Origin: a virus | DNA length: 43,309 nt | Strand: one strand, 5' to 3' | IMG/VR virus record: IMGVR_UViG_3300027852_000073 | Position numbers and translations under genes: made by a program | The notes under the pieces: generated by a model | What the model was told of the DNA's origin: nothing | The model's database searches: none | The model's input: the letters and a program-made list of their open reading frames with translations, nothing else | Part shown: piece by piece, positions 1-7,327 of the stretch | How the letters are laid out: the number at the start of each line of letters is the position of its first letter | Position numbering within the stretch: the first letter of the stretch is position 1

Positions 1-127
1 CAAAACATTATAACATCTTCCATAATTTTACCTCCAGTGTTAATTGTTAATTTATCTACTTTCATATAAATATATTATATTAAATTCTTAACCAAAAGTA
101 AATATATAATGCCAAAAGAAAACAAAA
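1..127. repeat. Terminal direct repeat, copy 1 (identical to 43183..43309). This is the circular-closure overlap of the contig.
   Basis: Bases 1-127 recur base for base as the last 127 bases of the window. As a result, the first 23 nt of minus-strand gene 42930..43205 and its promoter (copy at 74..102) are duplicated here. Confidence 0.95.
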
Positions 128-151
128 ATAAGTTTAGTAAAATGTGATAAT

Positions 152-949
152 GCTGAGTCTTTTTTAAAAAATAAAATAGCAACGCCGGGTAATTCGTGTG
201 CTGAGGAAAATGAAGGAATTGGCTAAAAAAGTGCTGAATTTTTGCTGATTTCATCTGGCTACGCAAAAATTGGTATCTAAAAATAAATTGATAAAACTGG
301 ATAATTTTATGACTGAGGAAAAGCTCTTTTCAGTAAGAAAATATGGTTAAAAATAGTGGAAGTGATTGGGGGAAGAGGCTAAAATTTCGTTTTCATTATT
401 TCATTTTATGTAATAAAATCAAGTACTTATAGGCTGGAAATGGCTAAAAAAAGTGAATAGTGAAAGAGTGACAAATTCTAAAAACCTCGCATGTATATAA
501 TAGGGCCTTTTACCAACCTTGTTTTAATATAGTATACTTATCATTTTCATTTAAAAGATTATATAAGTACTTGAATTTATTAAATAAAAGAAAAGAATGA
601 CGGAACGATGGGGTAATGATAATTTGTCAAAAATTGGTTATAAATTTTTCTGGTACTGCTATTTTTTGGTGCACGAAATAATGGAGTAGTGTGGGAAAAT
701 ACCGGTACACATAAGTACTTGAATTTATTAAGTAAAAAAAATAGTGGCTGGGCTTTCTGTCAAATTCTTGAGTGCTGGATTTTTTTACCTATTTGGCTGG
801 GTTTTGCTATACAATTTGGCTGGATTGGATAGTTAAAACATCATTTTTTTCGCGTATAATTATGTGCCAGTGAATAATTGGTGATGCTGGACTTAATTTA
901 TCATTTCTTTATGTACAGTTTTGTGCTAATAAATGGTTAGTGATGCTGG
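152..949 (+). repeat. Same-strand cluster of short GCTGR motifs in ORF-free DNA
   Basis: GCTGA starts at 152, 200, 233 and 244. GCTGG starts at 433, 747, 774, 796, 819, 886 and 945. All lie on the plus strand, and no convincing ORF with an SD is present in 128..1017. Confidence 0.7.
421..740. repeat. Palindromic 8-mer AAGTACTT, three copies (421, 565, 713), two of them inside a 20-bp identical direct repeat
   Basis: ATAAGTACTTGAATTTATTA occurs at 563..582 and again at 711..730. A third AAGTACTT lies at 421..428. Spacings are 144 and 148 bp. Confidence 0.8.
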
Positions 950-950
950 A
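841..950 (+). repeat. Two diverged copies of a ~50-bp unit, each ending in GTGATGCTGGA
   Basis: 841..891 and 901..950 both begin TCATTT and end GTGATGCTGGA (881..891 and 940..950). The interiors are similar (TGTGCCAGTGAATAATTGG versus TGTGCTAATAAATGGTTA). Confidence 0.7.
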
Positions 951-963
951 AGAAAAAAGTGAA

Positions 964-1004
964 GAAAAAAAAATCCAGAAACTTTTCAGTTTCTGGATTT
1001 TTTC
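964..1004. terminator. Bidirectional rho-independent terminator
   Basis: A 12-bp perfect stem AAATCCAGAAAC (971..982) / GTTTCTGGATTT (989..1000) with a 6-nt loop. It has an A-run on the left and a T-run on the right, and sits directly 3' of minus-strand gene 1018..1371. Confidence 0.8.
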
Positions 1005-1017
1005 TTTTTAATAAATG

Positions 1018-1371
1018 TTATTCAACTTTTTCAAGTGATTCAAGAAACTTTTCAGTTTTCTTAAGTTCTTCAGATTTTTCAACTTCTTGAAGCAAAAATT
1101 TTCTTCCAGATTCATTTGTACAGATTTTATAACCGTCAGTTCTAAGATAAGTTAATTGACTTGAAACATTTTTTGTTGAAATGTTTAATTCTTTTGAAAG
1201 TTCAAGAATTGAAATTGATTCATTTGATTTTAATAATTCAAGAACTTGACTTTTTCTACCAGATTGATTATTTGAACTTTCTAATTTGATTTGCAAATCT
1301 AAAATAATTTGATCTTGATCTTCAATTAATTTAATCAATTGTTTTTTGTTTAATTCATTGTAATTTGTCAT
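1018..1371 (-). CDS. Coiled-coil plus winged-helix DNA-binding protein (candidate transcriptional regulator), 117 aa
   Basis: I prefer the ATG at 1371, preceded by AGGTG, over the upstream TTG start used in the ORF track. The N-terminus is heptad-like (QLIKLIEDQDQIILDLQIKLE). The C-terminus looks like a wHTH (ISILELSKELNISTKNVSSQLTYLRTDGYKI). The gene is monocistronic between its own promoter and terminator. Confidence 0.75.
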   Translation of the reverse strand: MTNYNELNKKQLIKLIEDQDQIILDLQIKLESSNNQSGRKSQVLELLKSNESISILELSKELNISTKNVSSQLTYLRTDGYKICTNESGRKFLLQEVEKSEELKKTEKFLESLEKVE

Positions 1372-1387
1372 AATAGCACCTATAGTA

Positions 1388-1416
1388 TATTTAAATTTTA
1401 AAAGAGCATTTGTCAA
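1388..1416 (-). promoter_or_regulatory. Candidate sigma70-type promoter for the 1018..1371 regulator
   Basis: On the minus strand: TTGACA (1416..1411), 17-nt spacer, TAAATA (1393..1388). The SD and ATG follow about 10 nt downstream. Confidence 0.35.
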
Positions 1417-1552
1417 TTAGAATTTCTCAGGTTCATAATTGACTTTATTGTTTAACATAATTTATATATATATCATAAGAAAAACACTTTGTAAACAGTT
1501 ATTTTTTATAATTGAATTCTTTTTTATTACTTATGATATAAAATAAATAGCA

Positions 1553-1632
1553 TTCATTGAGTAAAGATAGTAATAACTTATGAATGATATTCATTGAGTA
1601 AAGATAGTAATAACTTATGAATGATATTCATT
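1553..1632. repeat. 37-bp direct repeat x2.2 carrying two copies of the palindrome ATGAAT-GAT-ATTCAT (candidate operators)
   Basis: The unit TTCATTGAGTAAAGATAGTAATAACTTATGAATGATA starts at 1553 and 1590, with a partial third copy at 1627. The 6-bp-arm palindromes lie at 1580..1594 and 1617..1631, 37 bp apart. Confidence 0.75.
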
Positions 1633-1641
1633 AGATTAGTT

Positions 1642-1848
1642 TCAACAGAAATTATATCTATTGAAGTAATATCTATTGAAATAATGTCTATTGAAATAAT
1701 ATCTACTGAAGTAGTTTCAATAGAAGTAGTTTCAATAGAAGTAATATCTACTGAAATAGTTTCAACAGAAGTAATATTTACTGAAGTAGTTTCAACAGAA
1801 GTAATATCAACAGAAGTAATATCAACAGAAGTAGTTTCAACTGAAACA
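1642..1848 (+). repeat. Tandem array of about 14 degenerate 15-bp units (iteron-like)
   Basis: Units such as TCAACAGAAGTAATA, TCTATTGAAGTAATA and TCAATAGAAGTAGTT occur every 15 bp from 1642 to 1848. GAA is invariant in every unit. Confidence 0.9.
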
Positions 1849-1930
1849 AAGCCCCTATGCTCCTTTTAGTAAAAACATTTGTATAAAAATCATAAGGTCA
1901 AGCAAAAATATTTCACCATTTTATTTTTAC

Positions 1931-1998
1931 CAGCTATAAACTGATAGTCCAGCATTACTATGTCCACATTTACAGCTATAAACTGATAGTCCAGCATT
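1931..1998 (+). repeat. 26-bp direct repeat x2 with a 42-bp period, upstream of the late promoter
   Basis: CAGCTATAAACTGATAGTCCAGCATT occurs at 1931..1956 and again at 1973..1998. Confidence 0.85.
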
Positions 1999-2066
1999 GC
2001 TCTCATCAATACCACTAATACTCCTATCAAACCCAAACAAATCTGTATCCCGTCATCACTTTTTTA

Positions 2067-2095
2067 TTTACAAAGACTCAAAACTATGATACAAT
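2067..2095 (+). promoter_or_regulatory. Candidate extended -10 sigma70-type promoter for the structural operon
   Basis: TTTACA (2067..2072), 17-nt spacer, TG at 2087..2088, TACAAT (2090..2095). It lies 35 nt upstream of the first plus-strand gene. Confidence 0.5.
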
Positions 2096-2129
2096 ATAAT
2101 TAGAAGATATTATTAGATAAAGGACGATT

Positions 2130-2633
2130 ATGCAAGATACAAATTGGGACTTGGTACAGTTTAAATACGAATTCTTGGGGTTTTCGTTAGAAGATTTAGC
2201 TAGTGAACACTCAATCTCGTTCGCCGTCTTAGAGTACAATTCCAAAAGCTGGAAACAAATTTCTTTGGGACAGGATACTCTAGTAGACATGAATGATGTT
2301 AAGTCTCTTGATGATGTACTAGAAAAGTTAAGCACACAAACCATAAATCAAGCACAGGCTTTCCTAATCCTCAAACAAAAGTTTCTTGGTTCAAAGTATG
2401 TTGAACTAGAAGCCATACTCCTCCAAAAAGCAATTTCTTTAGCAGCTAATATAAAAGATGATGATCCACGATCAGCAGCAATACTGAAATCGCTGACTGA
2501 GACACTGGTGAACTTAATAAACCAAAATCCACTACTGAAGTCTAAGGAAGTTGGCGGGGCCAGTGAAGGAGATAAGGTCTGGGAGGTTAGGGTTGTAAGT
2601 GCTGAACCAAAACAAGAAAAGGAAGATGAGTAA
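2130..2633 (+). CDS. terS: Putative terminase small subunit
   Basis: A 167-aa ORF directly upstream of the terminase large subunit, with its stop adjacent to the next start. The N-terminus is HTH-like (LGFSLEDLASEHSISFAVLEY). The call is mainly positional. Confidence 0.6.
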   Translation: MQDTNWDLVQFKYEFLGFSLEDLASEHSISFAVLEYNSKSWKQISLGQDTLVDMNDVKSLDDVLEKLSTQTINQAQAFLILKQKFLGSKYVELEAILLQKAISLAANIKDDDPRSAAILKSLTETLVNLINQNPLLKSKEVGGASEGDKVWEVRVVSAEPKQEKEDE

Positions 2634-4121
2634 ATGGCGTTGCAGTTACAGATACCTGAGAAACTAACTCCCTTTGTGAGTAAACCTAAGAGGTATAAGG
2701 TTGCTTATGGTGGGAGAGGTGGTGCCAAATCAATGTCCTTTTCGGATATGTTGTCTATGAAGGCTCAAACTGAAGGGGCCTTGGTAGGCTGTTTACGTGA
2801 ATACCAAAATTCAATTGAAGACAGCGTTTTTGCGCTTCTCAAATCAGAGATTAATAAACTCAAGATTCCTGGATTTAAACATTACAACAATAAAATAGAA
2901 CATGCAAACGGTGGTGGATTTCGCTTTCGAGGACTTGCAAGGTCTATTGAAGCTATTAAATCCATGTTTGGTTTTAAATACTTTTGGCTAGAAGAGGGTC
3001 AGTTTATCTCTGAAGAAAGTCTCCGAATTTTAACTCCTACCCTCCGGGAAGCAGATTCTGAGCTATGGATCTCCGCCAATCCTATGAGTGAAGCTGACCC
3101 CTTCTCCCAGCGATTTATAGTTCCCTTTCAAAAAGAGTTAGATAAAAATGGCTTTTATGAAGATGACTTACACTATGTTGTAAAAATTAACCATAGTGAT
3201 AATCCTTGGTTCCCCATTGAACTTGAAGCTGAAAGACTCAACGACTATCAGTCTCTATCTAGAGCTCTTTATGACCACATCTGGGAAGGTAAATACAATG
3301 ATTCAGTAGATAATGCTCTAATAGATGCCAAATGGTTTGATGCATGTATTGATGCTCATATAAAGTTAGGATTTGGACCTTTAGGGGTAAAAATATCTTC
3401 ACATGACCCCTCTGATGAAGGAGAAGATTCTAAAGGTTATGCCTTTAGGCATGGTTCTGTGGTTCTTCAGATTGAAGAAAAAGTTACTGGAGATATTAAT
3501 GAAGGATGTGATTGGGCGACTGGACTCGCCATACAAAATGAATCAGATGCCTTTACATGGGATTGTGATGGTGTAGGAATTGGCCTTAACAGGCAAATCA
3601 GTAAAGCATTTGGTGGGAAAAGCATAAGATTGATGCAGTATAAAGGATCTGAAAGTGTTGAGGGTCCAAATTCAATTTATGAACCAATAAATGCTGAAGG
3701 ATCAGATATATTCTCAGTTCAGAATCAAAAAACAAATAAAGAAGTCTTTAAAAATCTTAGGGTTCAAAAGTACTTTGAGCTCAGGAATAGAATTTACCGA
3801 ACTTTTGAAGCAGTTGTAAAAAAGAAATACCACGATCCGGAAACACTAATATCTTTTTCTTCTGGCATCGTTGAACTTACTAAACTTAGAGCAGAATTAT
3901 GTAGAATACCAAAGAAACCTAATGCAAATGGGATGTTGGATTTATACCCAAAAGATGTTATGAAATCTAAGTTTAAAATTGCTTCACCAAACTTAGCGGA
4001 TTCTGTTAAAATGTTGTGGAAAGTTCCAAAAGTTATAGTTGTAGGTGGCGCTAGAAGACCACAATCTATTAAACCAATAGGTTCTACTTATAGGGACCAA
4101 AAGAGAAGAGCGAGTCATTAA
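2634..4121 (+). CDS. terL: Terminase large subunit (PBSX/Terminase_3-like)
   Basis: Walker A YGGRGGAKS, Walker B-like YFWLEEG, and a C-terminal nuclease region with SHDPSDEGEDSKGY. 495 aa. Confidence 0.93.
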   Translation: MALQLQIPEKLTPFVSKPKRYKVAYGGRGGAKSMSFSDMLSMKAQTEGALVGCLREYQNSIEDSVFALLKSEINKLKIPGFKHYNNKIEHANGGGFRFRGLARSIEAIKSMFGFKYFWLEEGQFISEESLRILTPTLREADSELWISANPMSEADPFSQRFIVPFQKELDKNGFYEDDLHYVVKINHSDNPWFPIELEAERLNDYQSLSRALYDHIWEGKYNDSVDNALIDAKWFDACIDAHIKLGFGPLGVKISSHDPSDEGEDSKGYAFRHGSVVLQIEEKVTGDINEGCDWATGLAIQNESDAFTWDCDGVGIGLNRQISKAFGGKSIRLMQYKGSESVEGPNSIYEPINAEGSDIFSVQNQKTNKEVFKNLRVQKYFELRNRIYRTFEAVVKKKYHDPETLISFSSGIVELTKLRAELCRIPKKPNANGMLDLYPKDVMKSKFKIASPNLADSVKMLWKVPKVIVVGGARRPQSIKPIGSTYRDQKRRASH

Positions 4122-6268
4122 TGGCACTTGAACTAAAACAACTTAAACAAATGCATGAAAAAGCTTATGTAGCTAATCAGATTCCCAGAGAACGATCTTC
4201 TAATGATTTGGTATTTTACTGGGTAACACAATGGGATGATGAAGTTCTTCAGTCTTCTCAATTAGCATATCGTGGTGAATTTGATGTATTACGTAAAGCT
4301 GGAAGGCAGATTTTATCAGATCTTGCCTCAAACCCTGTTCAAGTAGATTTTACTCCTCTAAATGAAACTAGACAAGATTCAGCAGAACTGGCAGATGGTT
4401 TATATAGATCTGGTCTTCAAAAAAATACCTCTATAGAAGCGTTTGAGAATGCTGAAACAGAGAATGTAGTTTGTGGGATAGGAGCTTGGTTACTCTATAC
4501 AAAGTATGAAAGTCAAAATGTTGACAATGATAAACAAGTAATACTTCGTAAACCCATTTTTGAGGCTAACAATACAGTATACTGGGATCCAAATTCAAAA
4601 CTTTTAGATAAGTCTGATGCGAAGTATTGTTCAGTTTTAACAGCATATACAGAAGAAGGTTATAAAAATTTAGTTGAAGAACTTACTGGAGAAGAACTTG
4701 AGAGTATAAATGTAGAATCTTTTAAACTACCTGAGCATTCCTATACATTTCCATGGCTAGGGGGAGAAGGTAAAAAGATTTATATAACAAGCTTCTATCA
4801 TGTAGAAGAGATTGATGATGTCATTCTTACAATGGAGGATCCGTTTGGTGAAACTCTTGATTTACAAGAATCTGATCTAATGGGCATAATGGATGATATG
4901 CTTGATGGGGGTTATTCAATAGTTTCTGAAAGAAAAATCAAAAGAAATGTTGTTACAAAATATATAGCTTCTGGAGCAGAAGTGCTTAAAGAAGAAAGAA
5001 TAGCGGGTCAATATATTCCAGTTATACCTTGTTATGGAGAACATGCAGTAGTTGAAGGAGAAGAATACTGGGAAGGTATAACAAGACTCGCCAAAGATCC
5101 ACAACGTTTAAGAAACTTTGCTTTTTCTTATATGGGTGATATACTTTCAAGATCACCGCGTCAAAAACCTTTGTTCTGGCCAGAGCAACTCCAAGGATTT
5201 GAAGATATGTATTCCGAGAGTGGTATTGATAATGCATACCCATATTTACTCTTAAATAGGAAGACAGCAGATGGTGAAGAGTTACCATCAACTCCAATAG
5301 GAATTATGCCAGAACAACCTATGCCCACTGCTCTTCCTTTGGTACTGGGTTTAACTAAAGAAGCAGTTACTGATGTAGCTAATCCTGGTGTTCCTGATAA
5401 GGTTGCTGAACCAGATATTTCAGGAAAAGCTGTTCAAAAGTTGGAAGCTAGAATTGAACGCCAGTCTATGAGATTTCAAATTCATATGAAGCACGCGAAA
5501 CGCAGGGATGGTGAAGTCTGGATTTCCATGGCATCTGAAGTTATAGATACTCCTAGAAAAGTTATGGTTGAGTTAGCTGATGGTACCAAAAAAGAAACTC
5601 AGGTAATGGATACTATAGTAGATAAAGAAACCGGTGACCTTATTACTGTTAATGACTTACGAAGAGCTGAGTTTGAGGTTTTTTCTAAAATAGGTCCAAG
5701 CTATTCAAGTCAAAAAGAACAAACAATTGACAGGTTAGAAACAATGATGGTTTTAATGGACCCACAAGATCCTGTAAGAAAAGCTCTACAACTTAAAATA
5801 CTTGCTCTTACTGATGGTGTTGAGTTTGATGATATTAGAGATTATGTAAATAAACAATTAATGATAATGGGTATTAGGAAGCCACAAACACCAGAAGATG
5901 AAGCCTTCATGAAACAATCACAAGAAAAACCAAAAGAGCCTGATGCTGCTACAATGATAGCTATTGCGGAAAATAAGAAAGGGGATGCTGATCTACTTGA
6001 ACAAAAACGTAAAGGCATTGAGATGCAGTTAAATGCACAAAATGATGAGAGACAAGCAGCTATTGATGCTTTTAATGCTGAGACAAAACGAATGGATATT
6101 TTAGCAGATATAAGGGAAACTAATGCAAAAATTGATATGACAAGTATAGAAGCTTTTGGTAAACAAGTTGATAATGCTACTAAACTCATTGATTTAAAAA
6201 GTATAACTAAAAGAATAAATAATGGATCCCATGAGAGTAGGGGTAGACAACAGAAGCAAACTGGTTAA
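4121..6268 (+). CDS. Portal protein, P22 gp1 type, with a long C-terminal helical barrel region
   Basis: Blocks matching my recollection of P22 gp1: QWDD, YRGEFDV, IAGQYIPVIPCYGE, RLAKDPQRLRNF, KPLFWPEQLQGFEDMY, YPYLLLNR, RDYVNKQLMIMGIRKPQTPEDE. 715 aa, against about 725 for P22. Confidence 0.93.
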   Translation: MALELKQLKQMHEKAYVANQIPRERSSNDLVFYWVTQWDDEVLQSSQLAYRGEFDVLRKAGRQILSDLASNPVQVDFTPLNETRQDSAELADGLYRSGLQKNTSIEAFENAETENVVCGIGAWLLYTKYESQNVDNDKQVILRKPIFEANNTVYWDPNSKLLDKSDAKYCSVLTAYTEEGYKNLVEELTGEELESINVESFKLPEHSYTFPWLGGEGKKIYITSFYHVEEIDDVILTMEDPFGETLDLQESDLMGIMDDMLDGGYSIVSERKIKRNVVTKYIASGAEVLKEERIAGQYIPVIPCYGEHAVVEGEEYWEGITRLAKDPQRLRNFAFSYMGDILSRSPRQKPLFWPEQLQGFEDMYSESGIDNAYPYLLLNRKTADGEELPSTPIGIMPEQPMPTALPLVLGLTKEAVTDVANPGVPDKVAEPDISGKAVQKLEARIERQSMRFQIHMKHAKRRDGEVWISMASEVIDTPRKVMVELADGTKKETQVMDTIVDKETGDLITVNDLRRAEFEVFSKIGPSYSSQKEQTIDRLETMMVLMDPQDPVRKALQLKILALTDGVEFDDIRDYVNKQLMIMGIRKPQTPEDEAFMKQSQEKPKEPDAATMIAIAENKKGDADLLEQKRKGIEMQLNAQNDERQAAIDAFNAETKRMDILADIRETNAKIDMTSIEAFGKQVDNATKLIDLKSITKRINNGSHESRGRQQKQTG

Positions 6269-6316
6269 AATGCAAGTACTTGTGCTTTCACAAGGTACCT
6301 TACATCAAGGAGGAAT

Positions 6317-7312
6317 ATGATGGTTGAAAGTAATCTGGATGACACAGTTGTTGATGGCATAGTTATTGATGACACAGTTGTTGATGACACAGTTGTTGAT
6401 GACACAGTTGTTGATGACACAGTTGTTGATGATACAGTTGTTGATGACACAGTTGTTGATGACACAGTTGTTGATGACACAGCTGATTGGATGAAGGAGG
6501 ATGATGACCAGACATTATCTGATAGTATGCCTGTTAGTGCACACATACGTGCAAAACGTAAGCTAAAGGGGAAAATCGAGGATAGAGATGCTGAGATTGA
6601 GAAACTCAAGAAGGAAAATGAAGGCCTTAAAAAACAAGGTTCAGCAACTCCTATTCGAGATAAAATCCTGGTAAGACCTAAACAGGATGAATTTGAATCC
6701 TTTGAGGCTTACCAAACTGCTCTGGATGAGTATGAAGACAAACGACTTGATTCTAAAATTTCTGTTATACATGGGCAAAATCAACTTCGTGATACACAAG
6801 CGAAGGCAATTAAAAAACTTAATTCAGCAGTAGACGACCATTATCTACGGGCTGATAAGTTGATTAAAGACAGTGGTATTTCAGCAGAAACTTATAAACA
6901 AGCGGATGAGATAGTAAGAAGTGCCATAGAGGCAATTAGGCCAGGGCAGGGCAACATAGTCGTTGATCAAATAATTTCTCTCTTAGGGAAAGGCTCTGAG
7001 AAAGTTATATATAAACTAGGAAGGAGCAATGCTCTTAGGGGTGAATTAATAACTCTTCTTTCAGAAGACCCCCATGGTTTGAGAGCAACTGCTTTCTTAG
7101 GTGAACAGAAAGCAAAACTATTAAGTACCACAAAAAGAAGATCAACTGCACCTGCACCTGCAAATGAATTAAATGGAGACGCTTCTTCTTCTAATAAAGA
7201 GCGAGTTTTCAAAAAGAAGTATGATAATGCTCACTCTAAAGGCAATTCTCAAGCTGCCTATAATGCTAAAAAAGAGGCAAAAGCTGCAGGTATTAATACT
7301 TCTAAGTGGTAG
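6317..7312 (+). CDS. Scaffolding protein candidate with an N-terminal (DDTVV)n repeat
   Basis: Lies between portal and coat as in P22. It is charged and helical (KLKGKIEDRDAEIEKLKKENEGLKK). An AAGGAGG RBS is present. Confidence 0.7.
   Translation: MMVESNLDDTVVDGIVIDDTVVDDTVVDDTVVDDTVVDDTVVDDTVVDDTVVDDTADWMKEDDDQTLSDSMPVSAHIRAKRKLKGKIEDRDAEIEKLKKENEGLKKQGSATPIRDKILVRPKQDEFESFEAYQTALDEYEDKRLDSKISVIHGQNQLRDTQAKAIKKLNSAVDDHYLRADKLIKDSGISAETYKQADEIVRSAIEAIRPGQGNIVVDQIISLLGKGSEKVIYKLGRSNALRGELITLLSEDPHGLRATAFLGEQKAKLLSTTKRRSTAPAPANELNGDASSSNKERVFKKKYDNAHSKGNSQAAYNAKKEAKAAGINTSKW
6341..6483 (+). repeat. In-frame 15-bp tandem repeat x9.5 (GACACAGTTGTTGAT, encoding DDTVV)
   Basis: Near-perfect units start every 15 bp from 6341. 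One diverged unit lies at 6356..6370 (DGIVI). Confidence 0.95.
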
Positions 7313-7327
7313 AAAGGAATATAAATT

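Noticed and set aside
1-127. Interpreting the 127-bp end repeat as a biological direct terminal repeat (T7-like)
   Set aside because: The morphogenesis genes are P22/PBSX-type, which implies headful packaging. The repeat boundary cuts a gene and its promoter. The length equals a common assembler k-mer. This cannot be excluded without reads.
75-266. Track ORF of 63 aa on the minus strand
   Set aside because: It has no SD, a Phe/Leu/Lys-rich composition typical of random AT-rich frames, and it runs straight through the early promoter copy at 74..102.
1621-1869. Track ORF of 82 aa ([IV]S[TI]E[VI] repeats) as a protein-coding gene
   Set aside because: There is no recognisable RBS before the ATG, it lies upstream of the only good late promoter, and the frame is open mainly because the 15-bp unit lacks stop codons. 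I kept it as an open question in the findings rather than calling it a CDS.
6265-6609. Minus-strand 114-aa ORF antisense to the scaffold repeat. The same applies to 20156..20563 and 20299..20508 (minus strand) and 35405..35659 (plus strand).
   Set aside because: All are antisense shadows of in-frame tandem repeats within strongly supported genes on the opposite strand. None has an RBS.
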